Positions 1 to 15,654 of a stretch of 64,000 nucleotides of DNA are shown here, piece after piece (position 1 is the first letter of the stretch; the number at the start of each line of letters is the position of its first letter). The translations under genes and the position numbers were made by a program. Origin of the DNA: the human T2T-CHM13v2.0 reference genome, Homo sapiens; the NCBI RefSeq assembly GCF_009914755.1, contig NC_060934.1, one strand, 5' to 3'. The notes below the pieces were generated by a model. That model did no database searches and was not told where the DNA came from. It saw only the letters and a list, made by a program, of their open reading frames with translations.

Positions 1-570
1 TCCATTTCAACTAAGAAAAGGCTAAGTCCATTCTGGAGGAAAAAAATGACAGTGGGAATTGTAACTAATATTTAAATCACTTGGAAATAGGATTCATTTT
101 ATCACCAACCTACCAGGACCCTCTTTACTGTAAAGAGATAAAACACTAGTAAATGTATTGCATAAATATACCACAGACTATTATGAACAATTAAAGCACA
201 CTTTATATTTTTTAAAATTTCTCTGTAAACGTTCTAAGATAAATTATATTTGAATTTGATAAAGTCCTATTTTGAATCCCTTTGGGTTATAAAAGTCTAT
301 TCCCTAATTTATCTTGTGAAAATCCAGACTTCTGGCTTAAAATGGGATTTACTTTACTCTCTGAGAAAGGAATCCACCGTACTTTGATTTAGATAACCAC
401 ATGGTCTGGAACTCCATTTAGTGAAAATTAAATTTTATGACTCATATAGCCAATGTTTTACCTCTGTTTTCTACATATTCACAGCAGGTGAAATGTGTTC
501 AGGAATTTAAAGATGAAAACATATGTCTTTTAAGTAATGACCACCAAGAGCCACTGCAGATAGAAACAGC

Positions 571-576
571 TTTATT
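571..576 (-). terminator. Distal poly(A) signal AATAAA
   Basis: tttatt on + strand; CA dinucleotide ~15-20 nt downstream on the - strand. A second AATAAA lies at 807-802. Confidence 0.7.
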
Positions 577-3094
577 TTTTCCATTCAGGCTTTATCAAAT
601 AGCTTGTTCAAAAAGCATATACAAGAGCAAAAAATACCACATGCAGTCAAACTTCTTTTGCCTTATAGTCATTGGCTTTCTTTTAGAAAAGAGTGTGCAC
701 TTGAATAACTTCTAATTCAAACATTTTCCAACTGTTTCTACTTCATTTTTCAAGTTAGCAACGACAGATACATTTTAGTTAACTGTTTCATATTCCTTAT
801 CTTTATTCATACTGAAATAATATAAAGCCTATAAAATCAAAGCATATACTGTTCAGAAATCTGGAAAGGTTCTTTTACATAATAGATTCTGACACGTTAA
901 GAAACTACACACAACAAATATTTGCAAAATGAATGAAAAATAGGATAAAGCTATTTAAAAGTCAACATAGTAATATTTATCTAAATAATTTTAATCAAAT
1001 GTACAACATATTTATCTGATATCATCTATCTTTTAGAATACAAAAAAGTGCTCAGATTACATTTAAAAAAATAACAAAAATCTCTTAGAATGGAAATAAT
1101 TTAAATAAGGACGGTAGCAAGGGGAATTGAAATTACATCTTTGCTCCCAAAACAGGAAGGCAGGTGTGATGTATTTGAAAATCAGAAAGGGACACAACAC
1201 TAAGATTGCAAATGCAAAGCTTCCTGCCTTGGAAAGATATAAACTGTCTTTGAAAAGTCCTTGTGTCTTTCTTTACAGAAAGTTACGAACATAAAATCAG
1301 ATCTCTCAGCTAGACTGCTGGTCAAGTAACAAGGTGGGTCACTTTTCTTGACTATGCTTTTCTAGTCCACTATCAGTATTCACTCAGCTGGGGCTCAAAA
1401 GGACAAATAGGTGTCCTTTTAAGACACTTTGACTACTTGGATCAATACACTAGCTATTCTCAAACCAACATAATGCATGAATACAGCAGCCAAGTAGAAG
1501 GATCTCCAATGCTCAAGTCACTCTGAGTCTTTGCTGGTGTCAACCTACAATGCCACCCTCAAGGAAAGCACAGTGGTTCACAGACAGGGATGATTCATCA
1601 TTTTCCTCTGAAAATGAATTCTGCAGGAAGAAACCAGAGTTGTGGTAAGATGTTGGAGTCAAGTTTTCTCTTCATCTGATATTCAAGGGTTGTGATCTTT
1701 ATGAATACCATTTTACATGCTAATCACAAAGACAAATGGAGGGAAGATACAGTGATAACACCAAGTTGGACATTCAAATGCTAAGGGAGCCAAGTACCAG
1801 CCCTACCCTGCTTATTTTTAATAATGCAGAGATTACTTACTACACTTTCTGAAGCCTTATTTTGAAATTTATTTCACATTTCAGACATGTCCATAATTTA
1901 CTGTTGAGGAAATAAAACAGCATGTAGAACATAATTCTATTTATATTAAAATTACATAGGTATGTGTGTATACATACATGACAGTTCTTTTCTCCTTCTG
2001 AGTATGGTAGGGTTGTAGATGATTTTTACTTTTTATTTATACTTCTTAATGTTCTAACTGCTTACAGTGTCACTTTTGTTATAATCATAAAATGAAGCTC
2101 TTTTCATTTTAGAGGAAAAAGAGAAAAAAGGCTCTATAGATTCTGAAGGCAGTTCCAAGTAAGTCTCTCAAATGCTCTTACGAGACTACTTTGCAGGTCA
2201 AAATCCCAGAAAAATGTAAAATCTTGTGATCAGAGAAAATGGCTTTGCTCACTACTCTAGCTCGGTTAGCAGAGTACGCAGCACCTTGGCAGGTGTGACA
2301 CACACACTCTGAATGAAGAAATGCGGCTGACTTGGATGTTGAGTTTCTAGAGATTTCAGTTTTAAAATCATTGTTTTATGATCCTTTTTATTCTAGTTAG
2401 CTGAGGATATTTTCAAATTTTTGTCAAAATTCAGTACATTTTAGAGGAAAGTTTAAAATTAGCAACAGGATTCAAACTACCATGTTTTATAACATGGCTT
2501 TTAAGAAACGATGAACCAAAACAGAAAAATGGGCAAAGTGGGGACTAAAAACGGCTTGCTGGCCAAATAGCTGGTAGCAGAAGAGGGGATCAGCTGACAA
2601 AGAGGGCACAAGAAAATAACCCTCCTGTTTTTCATCCTGTTTCCCAGACAGCTCGACTATAGCTAAGAAGGGACATGTCTGACTGTCCTCCTGTACCCAG
2701 CACAGTGCCTGCCACCTTGACAGGTGGGCAAAGGACTCAGCAAAAGAAAGTGAGGGAAGGAGGGGGCTGGCCTCTGCTCTGAGTTACTAAGGGTGGCAGA
2801 AGCCACCCTGACTGTGACTCTCAAATCAAAGGACAAGAAATGGATTGTTCTAGCTCTTGTCCTGGAACAGAGGTCGGAATGATTCCTTCTTCAATGTGAT
2901 TTGTGGCATAACTATGAAAGTAATCACATACTAATTTCCATTAATAACCAAAGACAAATGTCCTGAGTTGTAAGATAAAAAACTAGTGACTATTTATTTC
3001 CTTTGGATGAGACTTAGATCAAGGCAGGAACCAACATTTTTCTTTAAAAAAATTCAATTTCTTACATTTTTAGAAGTAAAGCAAATAATATAAC

Positions 3095-3234
3095 TAGAGT
3101 AATTATGTATTTTATTGTCCAAACTGGGATATTTTTTAGAGTAAAAGGGAGTACTATATTCTAGGGGAAAAAACTATGCCAAGACAACAGACATGAACAG
3201 GACTGTCCTGAACAAATGGATACCTGATGCTAAC
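3095..3234. mobile_element. MER94-like hAT (Blackjack) MITE in the 3'UTR
   Basis: Diverged match to recalled consensus ...tccaaaccgggacacttttgagagtgaaaggggg...gacaacaggcgtaaaccgggactgtcc... Confidence 0.6.
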
Positions 3235-3245
3235 ACAAGCTCCAT

Positions 3246-3259
3246 TTTAATGTTTTATT
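3246..3259 (-). terminator. Proximal poly(A) signal pair AATAAA/ATTAAA
   Basis: + strand ttttaatgttttatt reads AATAAAACATTAAAA on the - strand, ~550 nt after the stop, with GU-rich sequence downstream. Confidence 0.6.
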
Positions 3260-3810
3260 TTTTCAAGTTCTCTATTAAACTACATAACATTTGGCAGCAA
3301 TTTCACATTGAACACTGAGTTGTAACAGCACAGTTTTGTTCTTGAGAAGACATATTTTCTAAGTGATGAAATGAACTTTCTACCTTCCCCATACTTAAGG
3401 TTTCCTAGCATAAGTTCAGTTTAAAATGGGCCTGAGGAAACAGTCTGTTTTAATTTCTCTAACAGAACCAAAAAAAATGCACAACTGTGATTAAGTTACT
3501 TAGATTCACTTCTTCATTTTACAAAATACAAACAGGAGAATTTGAGCATATCTTGCTCTAGAAAGAATCCTCCAAAATGATAAATCCCAATTATGGGGGC
3601 TAGGTCATAATGCAGTTTTAAAATCTTTATATTAACTATGAGATTCTCACAGATACATTGCCACAAAATATTTTTTAAAAGCCATAGATAGTCAAAATAA
3701 AAAATGTCTAATTTGTGGGTGGTGACAGTTATTTCCCCACAGGTACTGAATATGTATCCTGGCACAAATCATCAGCACAACACAGGAACTTCCCGGCAGA
3801 GGTGAACAGG

Positions 3811-4378
<568 letters not shown>

Positions 4379-4809
4379 TAACTTAAAACATAAAAATTAT
4401 GTATTAAGATATCTTTGATGAGTATGTTCAAGTGAGGGTGGGCAGCATTAATATTAACACAAACTTGAGTATGTTAGCAATTAAGTAACAACTGCCATGC
4501 TGAAGGTGATAAAGACCCTCCAGGATGACAGCTGAAACACCAAGCAGAGACAAAATGTGTCTAATTAGAACACTGGCCTCCTGCACCTTTATTATTTTCT
4601 GGCACATGATAAAGTTTACAACTCTCCGGCATCATTCCTGCATCTGATTTAAGTCTGTTTTGCCTCTCCCTGTACCAACATATTATCTGAAGTTTTAATC
4701 TCTGCACTGAAGCTTTTGGCTGACTCTGCAGTTGTGAATTACTAGGTATGGACAATGCACCCTCATGGTCTTAGGTAGGAGGGCAGGTTCCTACAGCTTT
4801 CATGGAAGA

Positions 4810-5320
4810 CGTGGAAGAGACCGTTGGTGGCTGCCACTATCTGTCCTTCTCTTCTTTCATATAAAACCAGCCCCGGTTTTCTTCAGGGTACACAGGTCAC
4901 CCAGACAAAAGCCTGTTTCCCAGCCTTCCTGTGGCTGGGTGTGGGCTCATGACCAAGTTCTGGCCAATGGGATACAAGTGGAAGTGTTTTGTGGAAGTTT
5001 CCAAGCATCTTTTCCAAAGGATAGCTGACCTGTACCTTTTGCTGATTTTCAACCTTTCCTTCATTCTGCTGCCTGGAACGTTGGACTTCATGGCAGGATC
5101 CCTACCCTCCACCTTGGAGTTTTGGGCTAAGAGCTTACTTTCAGTTCAGCCAAAACAAAAGCTAGAAGGGACCTGGGCAACTGAGGACTTCATGGAACAA
5201 AACTGCCATACCAGCTCCAGGTTGCCTATGTCTAGATATTTACATTACAAATAAACTATCTTGTTTAACCCAATATTACCTTAGGTTTCTATTACTGGCA
5301 GTCACTCCTAATCCTAAAGA
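4810..5320 (+). mobile_element. Old MaLR LTR (MLT1-type)
   Basis: cccagccttcc...gaccaagttctggccaatgggata...gaagtg core; AATAAA followed by cttgtttaa near the 3' end. Confidence 0.7.
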
Positions 5321-5407
5321 ATATAGAGAATAATGTTACAGTATCTACTAAAATGTACAATGTTTTCACTGACTCAATAAGTCTACTTCTAAGAACAATC
5401 CTACAGC

Positions 5408-5887
<480 letters not shown>

Positions 5888-6229
5888 CTAGAGAAACACC
5901 CATACAAGTGTTTCCATGCATGTATGAGGCTGTTTATGGCAACACTCTCTCTTAGAAACTGGAAACAGCCTGAATGTCCATCGATGGAGAACTGGGTAAA
6001 GAGTTAAGGTATATCCACAGAATGAAATGTTATACACAACTATTAAAAAGACAAAGGAAGATAGACTGTTAAGTGAAAGGCAAAAGTAGGCACAGTATAA
6101 ACAATAGTTATTTTATTTAAAAGTCCAATATAAAAAATCTGGAGACATATATGTCAGCCTGTTAATAGAACGTATTGCTAACCCTTCCCTTTGCCCAGAA
6201 TTACCCGCTTCCCCAGAGTACCTGACAGC

Positions 6230-6490
6230 TCACCCTCTTACTCCCCTGATCACTGTCAGAGGGCTTCCCTGGACCCACATAAAATAGAAAATCCACTCTA
6301 GTTCTCCTCCATCTTTCTTCATAGCACTTACCGCCACCTGACACATATATTTACTGCCTATTTCCCTTTCCATTAGGAATAAAGTGCTGTGAGAAGAAAT
6401 ATTTCAACTGTTTCGTCTGCTAATACTTCCCCAGTGCCTAGAACACTACCTAGCACACAGTAGAGGCTCCATAAATATTTGCTGCATCAA
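6230..6490 (+). mobile_element. L2 3' end fragment
   Basis: ccagtgcctagaaca...tagcacacagtagaggctccataaatatttgctg terminal motif. Confidence 0.65.
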
Positions 6491-7404
6491 TTCCTGGGAG
6501 TAGAATTAATTACAGACTTTCACGCTGGGACACACACACAAACTCATCTTTTTTTATATTCTACAAGACTTTTGTAATCTAAAAAATAGTTGTTTTTAAG
6601 GTTAATTTAAGCATTTTATTTTTCTAAATTTGAATTTCCTGAAAATAAAAATAGAAATGCCAGCCTCCTTTTCTATAAATCAACGGGACTGTTTTAGGAG
6701 ATTTCTTAGTCTTCCAGCTATAAACTCCTATATCTAGTTCTCAAAGCCCAAAGCCCAAAGCCAATGATCAACTTTTCACAGTACATTCACTACAAATTTA
6801 ATCAAACATTTTACTGGATGTCCACTTCATACAAGGCTCTATGCTCTGAATACTTAAGTTAGATTACATCCCTTATTTTGTAATTGTAGCAAAAAAAAAA
6901 AAAGTTTATTCTTCCTCAACAGTCGTTGCTTTCTCTAAAGGGACATAAATTAATCAGGAGAAATCATCCAAGCTCAATTTCAAAAGTGACAGGCATAACA
7001 CTCTTCTTCCGACATCTAAATGAGAGTGTTCCTACTATATGAATTTATTTCAGAGGCTTAGCTGATCTCAGTCATCTTAGAGAATGTCAGTTAGGGCATT
7101 CCCCCAAATGACTACATTCTATGCCTGTTCAGAGGTTTGTAGCAGGAGATACAAGCTAATTATGTGCTGTTAGCCAAAAAGAAGTTCTACACTGGCAGAG
7201 AAGACCACAGTCTTTCACTGACAAACAGCTTGGGATGGCATGGAGGGATGAGGAGAAAGGAACATCAACGATGCCAGCCAGAGGGCCTTCACATCCACAG
7301 AACTGAGTGCCATTGTCGTTTTCTATTGTTAATTTGTCCAGGGACATATTCAAAGGAGATCAAGATGAAGATGGACATAAACTGTCAAGAGAAGGAACTT
7401 CTCA

Positions 7405-7860
7405 ATATTGCTGTTTCATCTGCGCCTGCTTGCCCTCAGCTCCATTCCTCGCCCTCCACCTGTTCTGCTCTGTATTGCAGGAGGCTGGCTCCTGCAGGCT
7501 CAGCTGGTCTCCAACTGGGTTCAGCCAGTAACAAGAGACTGGAGCTGGGGGGATAAAGAAGCAAGGGCATTTTCCCCCCAAACCTCTCCTCTCTCTTCCA
7601 TGGCTCTGCTTTTTGGAAGCTGCTCTAGCTGCTCTTGAAGTTGTCAGGGTTCTGGGTAGCCCTGACCCCTGGGCCCCCTTTCCTCTTCAGCACAGGGTAG
7701 CAGTGTCTTCCTGCTACTGCTAATCTCTGGGTCACCTTTCTGTGCCTTGCTTGGCTCTCAGCAACACCACTGCCTGTTATCACCAATTCCCTGCATTAAA
7801 TTTTCTCTGTTGTAAATACTTGAAGTGGTTTTGGTGTTCCTGCTTAGATCCTGATACACA
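7405..7860 (+). mobile_element. ERVL LTR (LTR33-like)
   Basis: ctgcattaaattttctctgttgtaaatacttgaagtggttt...cctgataca 3' end and a typical 5' portion. Confidence 0.6.
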
Positions 7861-10800
7861 TATGAATTTAAAACTATGTTTCTTACAAATTACTTTATCC
7901 AACCAAAGGGGAAAGTCCACATACTTTGAAACAATTATATGTTTAACATGTACTAGGTTATCACATCCCTTACCAGGGTAAATGACAAACAAAGGAAGAG
8001 GCAATACTTTGATTCCTGCTGTCCATTTTGGATATTTTAATGTGTGCACATTGCAACATGAATAACAATCTCCACCATCTAAATGTGTCTAGCAGGAAAA
8101 AGGCAGATTCAAGTATGTTTAGAGTCTCATACAAATAAAAAAGTGAAGATCGGTGAGATCAGCAAGTGAAAAAGCAGCAAGAACAATGGCAAAACAAAAT
8201 TTTCTAAATCTAAAACCTTGAATTTTTTAAATTGGAATTTTAAAGTATGTCTATATTTATACAGAATGATGCTTAACAGTTTAAACCTTTATCCTAAAAT
8301 ATTTGGGGACAGATATACTTTAAGACCCCAATAAATGAAACACCCTAGCAAATAAGAATGTGAGATCTGATATGTCATTTTATCTAAAATAAAATGTCAT
8401 CCTTTAATTTTTACTCTTTTCCAGTATGATATATACAAATAAAAATACAAGATTATGAAAAACCCTACCATTATGTATAATTTACATCAATTATTTTAAA
8501 GTGTATTCCCTGTGGAGAGCAGAAATTTTGTTTCATTTGTCAAAATATAGACTTCCATTCTATTTATTGAGATCACATGAAAAAGCTCTAAAATTACACA
8601 CTGTCATATTTTTGGGAAACACTACAATATCTATGTTTCAACCACTGAATTCCAAATTGGCTTATGATGCCACTGATATCTGTTAACAAACACATACAAT
8701 TAAGTCTCCTAAACTTCTAAATTAATTGACAGCATTTTTATAGAGTTATGGCACAGAAATTAATCAAGTTCAATAGTTTTTTTGTTTTTTTTTTTAACCC
8801 AAAACACTTTTGAGGCCTAGAATTGTTCTGGATCAAAGCTGTCAAATCCATAATAAAGTATCTTATAAAGCAGATATTGAGAAGCTATTCACTTTTTAAT
8901 GTCATACATAATTATAAAAAAGTGATACTAATGAATTTTAAAATCCTCTCATTCTCTTCAATGTTAATGCATCCAAGTCACTTGGAATCACTTGGAAATC
9001 CAACTATATTTAGTCTTAGTGTTCAAATCCTTCAGAAGCTTGTAGGATTGTTGTTTAATACTGCAAGTAATGTGGTGCTAATTCTATCACCAACACACAG
9101 ACTATGCTGAAACTTGATGGAAACTTTTTAATTAATTTACTAAAATACGACTTAATTTTGTCAACTGTCCCAAATTCTTTAGTTTTCCCATGAACACACT
9201 TTGACTATAAAAATGGCACAGAAACATCTAATAATATGTGTTGCCAGCATCTGTCAAGCTCCTGCCCATACCTTCCTTCAAACCTAACTGCTTCCCTGGG
9301 TTAATGTTCATAATGCCCAATACACCAGGTTCTAACATTTCACAAAATCCTCAGTACTCAGGTAAGATTTTATCTAATTCTGTAGTTACATTAATTCAAA
9401 CTTAATTTGCACATTCTGTCAGGAACAATTTATTCAACCAAGAAGGTATACTCAGATATTAACATACAAGCAAATAAAAACATTTAGTTTCCCTTTAAAA
9501 ATTAATACTAAGCCTATCTTTTCTCACGTGAAAAACCCTTTAATTGTAACTCAAATTTAGAATTCTGCCTACCCAAAGAAATCAAGCTACAACTGCAGTA
9601 CTTTAGAAAAAGGAAACACAGATCAACAAGACATACAGTGATAGAAACAAAGGAAAGATACACTATCCATTTTTAAAAACTATCAAACTGAATGAACTCA
9701 ACAAACTGTCTTGGAATTAGTTATCAATTAATTAATGAATATTCAATAACGACATTAATTTTTAATTTTACATCATTTTTAGTCATCAAAGTAATGCCTG
9801 TTGTAAAATTCAAGTAACATAGAAATAAACAAAGCAGAGACTGACGTCAGCCCCCCATGCAGAACCCTCACTTCTACAGTTTCCTCCTACCCTCACCAAA
9901 CACCCATCCAAGTTACCAGTGTTTTAACAATTTCATAAAATGCATTTAAATATTAAAATACAGAGTTTTGGATCACATTCTAGCAATACCTTAATTTAAG
10001 GAAGAAACATCAAATTACCCCTTCAGTGGGTATAATATATTAACTTGAAAAACTACTGATTATCATTATAGGCAAAACATACTTCTGTCTTCTGGGCTTA
10101 ATGTTCTGTGGTCTTACACTCACTTAGTTACGTTCCTAAGAAAGGCAGATTCTAATTCTTAGCATATTCTACATAATTAACATGAAAACCTAAGCAAAAA
10201 TACTTAAGCCATTAACAATAAATTATGATTTATATACTAAAGGAAAAAAGGTACTCCAAATCCTTACAAAACCCCTTTATAATCATCTTTTCTTGCTTGC
10301 CTAATAAATGTCATCAGTGTAGACAAAAATCTCTAGAGCTGAACCCACACAGCACAACAGGCATTTTCTTAGGTGATCTTGAAGATAACAGAAAAATAAG
10401 CCATTTGGAGATTAAGGACCATGTGCCATTTCATCTAAGAAAAACTCTCGGCTTACTGAGATGTCTTAAAAATATGTTCCAACTAGAACTTCTTCCACTT
10501 TTCCTGTCTCTGATGTATCACAATCTAATTTCATACAATAACAACCAAAGGCAATCCTGCAAACTCTCTTCTGAGATGAGCATTTGATCACTAGCGATAC
10601 AAATATATTGTCAACTCCATGAAATTTTAATCTTCAAGGAAAACTGGTGGGCAACAACTACTTGATTTTTTTCCCCAACTTTTTATTCACAGGAGATGAA
10701 ATGCACAATACAGGTGCTTTCAAAGGACAAGAATCTAGAGATCAAAGCTTTACTTCTCCTTATGGGGATTTAACTCATTTGTTATTCTTAAAGAGACTTT

Positions 10801-12031
10801 ATAACTTCTAGGCTTTCCAAAAATTAATGAAAGTCTATTCTCTTAACTTCATTATTTACTGCTACATACAGCATTACTACATAAATAAAACAAGTTACAT
10901 ACTCCAAGGAAGATACTTATATAAATGGCAGATGGCTGGAGATAGCTGGACAAAACTGATTTAATAATTTAAAATTTTCCACAAATGAATGACAGCGGAA
11001 GAAATACTCTACAAAAACGCAACTCTGGAAGTTCAAAGTCAAGTATGATTTAGAATATTTTAAAGTGACAGGAGATATTAACAAATTTTTTAATCTTTAC
11101 GAGGGAGGGGACAGGAAAGGTGAGAAGAAAGGAAGCTTTTCAGCATAAAATAGCAAAAGAACAGGCCGAGAAATGCAGAGCAGTTGTGACAGAAATAACA
11201 AGGCTCCCAGCCCATTCTTTAAGCCCATTTGGTGGGAGGCTCAGAAATTAATTTGGGACTCCAGCTGAGAGAATTACGCATGTTCATATTCTATAAAGTA
11301 ATACTGTTGTAATTTCACTCGGAATATTTTTGGTCAAAATGAAAACTAAGAAATATCTAAGCTTGTAAAATGTCATTTAATAACAGCTTTATTGTGATAT
11401 AATTTACATACCATGTAATTCACCCATTTAAATTATACAAACCAAGGACTTACAGTGTATTCACAGAGTTGTGCAACCATAACATCTATTAGCAGTCAAC
11501 ATACTGAAGAACTGCCAGACTGTTTTCCCAAGTGGCCGCCTCATTTGACATTCCCACCAGCAGTATACAAAGGTTCCAATTTCTCCACATCCTCATGAGC
11601 ACTGCTATTAGCTGCTTTCTAGGTTGCAGCCTTCTTAGTCGGTGCATAGCAGTATCTTTTTGTGATTTTGATTTGCATTTCTCCAATAGCTAATGATGCT
11701 GAGCATCTTTTCATGTGCTTATTGCCCATTCATATGTCTTCTTAGAAATGTCTGTTTAAATCATTTGCCCATTGTTAATTGGGTTGTCTTTTTATTGAGT
11801 TGTCAGAGTTCTTTACATATTCTGGTTACTAGATCCTTATTGAATGCATTATTTGGAAATACACTCTCTCATTCTGTGAATTATCTTCACACCTTCTTGA
11901 CTGGGTCTCTGAAAGGACAAAAGTTTTAAATTTTGATAAAGTCCAATTTATCAATTTTTTTTCTTTTGTTGCCTGTGCTTTTTGTATCATATCTAAGAAA
12001 ACACTGCCCAGTGCAAGGTGATGAAGATTTA

Positions 12032-12656
<625 letters not shown>

Positions 12657-14059
12657 ATTTCTACGAATTTTATAGTTTTAGCTCTTACATTTAGGTCCAA
12701 CCCATTTTAATTTTTGTATATGGTGTGAAGTAGGGGGCCAATTTCATTTTTTTGAAAGATGCAGGACCATTTGTTGAAAGGCTGTATCCTTTTCCCTGAA
12801 TTGTCTTGGCATCCTTTTTGAAAACTAACTGACCATAAACATGAGGGTTTATTTCTGGACTCTCAACTCTAGTCCACAGATCTGTATGTCTACCTGCATG
12901 CCAGGACCACATAGTGTTAACTTTATTATTCTTTTTAAAGATTGTTTTGGCTATCCTGGGTTCCTTTCATTTCCATGTGAATTTTATGATTGTCAGTTTC
13001 TGCAGGGAAGCCAGCTGGGATTTTAATAGATCACTGCTCTGAATCTGTAAATGAATTTGAGGAGTACTACCATCTTAACAATATTAAGTCTCCTGATCCA
13101 TGGACATGGGATGTTTTCTTCACTTATTTAGGTCTTCTGTAATTTCTTTTAACAATGTTTTGTATTTTCCAGAATATAATTTTTGCATTGCTCTGTTAAA
13201 TTTATTCCTAACAATTCTATTTTAATGCTGTTGTAAACGCAACTGTTGATAATTTCATTTTTAAATTGCTCACTGTTTAAGTGTGTAGGATAAAATTGAT
13301 TTCTGTGTATGCTGAACTCATTTTATTTGATAGTTCTTTACATTCTTTAGGATTTTCTATGTACAAGGTCATGTCATCTGAGAATAGAGACAGTGTTTCT
13401 TCTTCCTTTCCAATCTGAATGCCTTTTATTTCATTTTCTTGCTGAACTGGCATGGCTAAAATATAATATTTCAAAGGAAAAAAATCTATGCAATTTAGTT
13501 AAACTCATGATATGTTGATTAAAAACAACATTGGCTCCCAAAAGTCACATAACAAAATATAAATTATATAATTTATCAAGATGATTCTAGCCAGAAAGAA
13601 CTCCAGGTTAATTTTGATATTATGGTCATTTGGTATCAAAGTCCAGTAAAAGGTCACCAGAGAAAAGCAGAAAGAATGCAAAAATCAGGCAATTGCATAC
13701 AAAAAAATCACATCAACTTTATCACCTCAGCACATATACTGCTGGTAGGATCTGTAAATACTGGCCAAGTAAAATGCTAATAAAATCTCTTATGATGATG
13801 AATAAGGACTCTCAAATTTCTATTCTATGTTTTGACCCCTAAATATTCATCTTAGACACTTCCTATTTCACCGTTTATCTTTATCCTAATAAAGGCGAGG
13901 CTTAAAAACTCATAGAATATAATGAAAGAAACGTAAATTAAAACATGCTATTACAGGATTTCTCAAAGATGAGAGGGAAGTTGGTTTATGTGCTGGGGCT
14001 GGGCCAAAGAGACATTTGTGAGTTCAGGCTGGCAGGACTGGGCCAATTCTGCCCCATGT

Positions 14060-15650
14060 GGTCAAGAAATTAGTTACATACAAGGGAACTGAGCATATAA
14101 ATAAATATACTGAGAAAATGGGGAGGCCAGATTTCTCAGTCAGAGAATGGAGCTACAAGTATGGAAAAGGAGAAGACTAGAACAAACTGTTGTGCTGGAT
14201 TAAAATTCCAGATACTGGTGAAAACCCATGACTTTTATACCCTGATATAGACATACAGATACACAGGTAGATATAAACGTATGTGTATAAACTCACATAT
14301 ATTGCCTAGATCTGTCTGCTGAGAGGGCTTAGAAGCAATGAAACCCCGGTAGCAATGAGCATACTTATTACTCACATCTTGTATTCTGAATATTACTCTT
14401 CACAAAAAATAACTAGGGCTCCTTGGAGACGTGACTAATTATAGAACTGAGTCAGAGAAAGTATAAGATGAGTCTGAAATATTTTGTGCCAGAAAGGAAG
14501 TGCTCAAAAAATGATGGGGACTTGTCAAAAGAAAACATGAGTCACCCTGAAAAGGCTCCTACTGGCCAAATCTGAGACAATTTGAGCATTCAAAATAAAT
14601 AATGAAAGTAACAATTTTATAACACATTGATTAGAATGAGATTCCGTGAGTCAATATAAACAACAAACAGGGAAAGAGGACTGCTTTTCCTTATTGTAGA
14701 ATGCCAACTAATAAAAGTAGAAGTAGTGATAGAATTAGAAAATCATCATTTGGCAGCCATCTCAGTAATAAGTGATTGAGGCAAGAATCGTCAATGGATG
14801 TAAAAACCAGTAGATATAAGTCTGACACAATAGGATATTTACACCGTCTCAGGACAGCTTTCTACAAAATATTTACCAATTACTTATTAACATGTACAAA
14901 ATACTTATCAACTTTACAGTGGAGAAACCTGGTACATTCCACTTCCCCAAGTGATAAAAATTCAAGTCACAGTACAGAGATGAATTAACACTGTACACCT
15001 CCTGATATGATGCAATACAAACCCAGCATCACTTCTAGGGTGTTCTTGCCAAAGCTATGTGACCTGAATCTAATTACAAAGAAATACTTGATGAACACAA
15101 ATGAAAAACTACAAAGTGACTGGACTCTTCAAAAATATCGAGGTAACAAAAGACAAGGATATACTATGGTATTGTTCTAGACAAAAGGGGCCTAAAAAGA
15201 CACAACAATAAATGTAACACAGGATCCTCACTTGAACCTTAGGTCTAAAAAAACAGAGAGAAAAGTAACATAGGCTTGTGTATGTGTGTATGCATTTTTG
15301 TGCTATAAAGGACATTACAGGGAAAATCTGTAACACTTGTACAGGGTGTGTGGATTAGATGGTAACATCTCAATGTTACTTTCCTGGTTTTGATGGCCAT
15401 GTCTAGTAATGTAAAAAAAAGTGTCCTTGTTTTCAGCTAATACACACTGGGATACTGAAGGACAGTGGTGCAATATATCAGAAACTTATTCTCAAATGGT
15501 TTAGAAAAAAATACAGAGTAAAACAGAAAAAGTGATAAGGCAAATGTGGTAACACGTTAATAACTGGGGAGTCTGAGTGAAGGGTATGCATATGTTCTTT
15601 GTATTATTCTTGTCATTTTCCTGTAAATTTGAAATTTAAAAATAAAAAAT
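14060..15650 (+). mobile_element. L1MC-like 3' UTR region
   Basis: Recalled L1MC3/4-type 3'UTR motifs ending ctgtaaatttgaaatt...aaaataaaaaat. Confidence 0.7.
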
Positions 15651-15654
15651 GTTG

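Larger units (their letters stand above)
550..3810 (-). other. ATE1: ATE1 3'UTR (~3.3 kb, long form)
   Basis: Follows the stop codon; largely non-repetitive and AT-rich; ends ~20 nt past AATAAA at 576-571. Confidence 0.75.

Noticed and set aside
2255-2290. tRNA A-box-like tagctcggttagcagagt
   Set aside because: No B-box, cloverleaf or acceptor stem.
10290-10440. Possible extra ATE1 exon after a tttttcttag acceptor
   Set aside because: All three minus-strand frames hit stops and the peptide is not ATE1-like.
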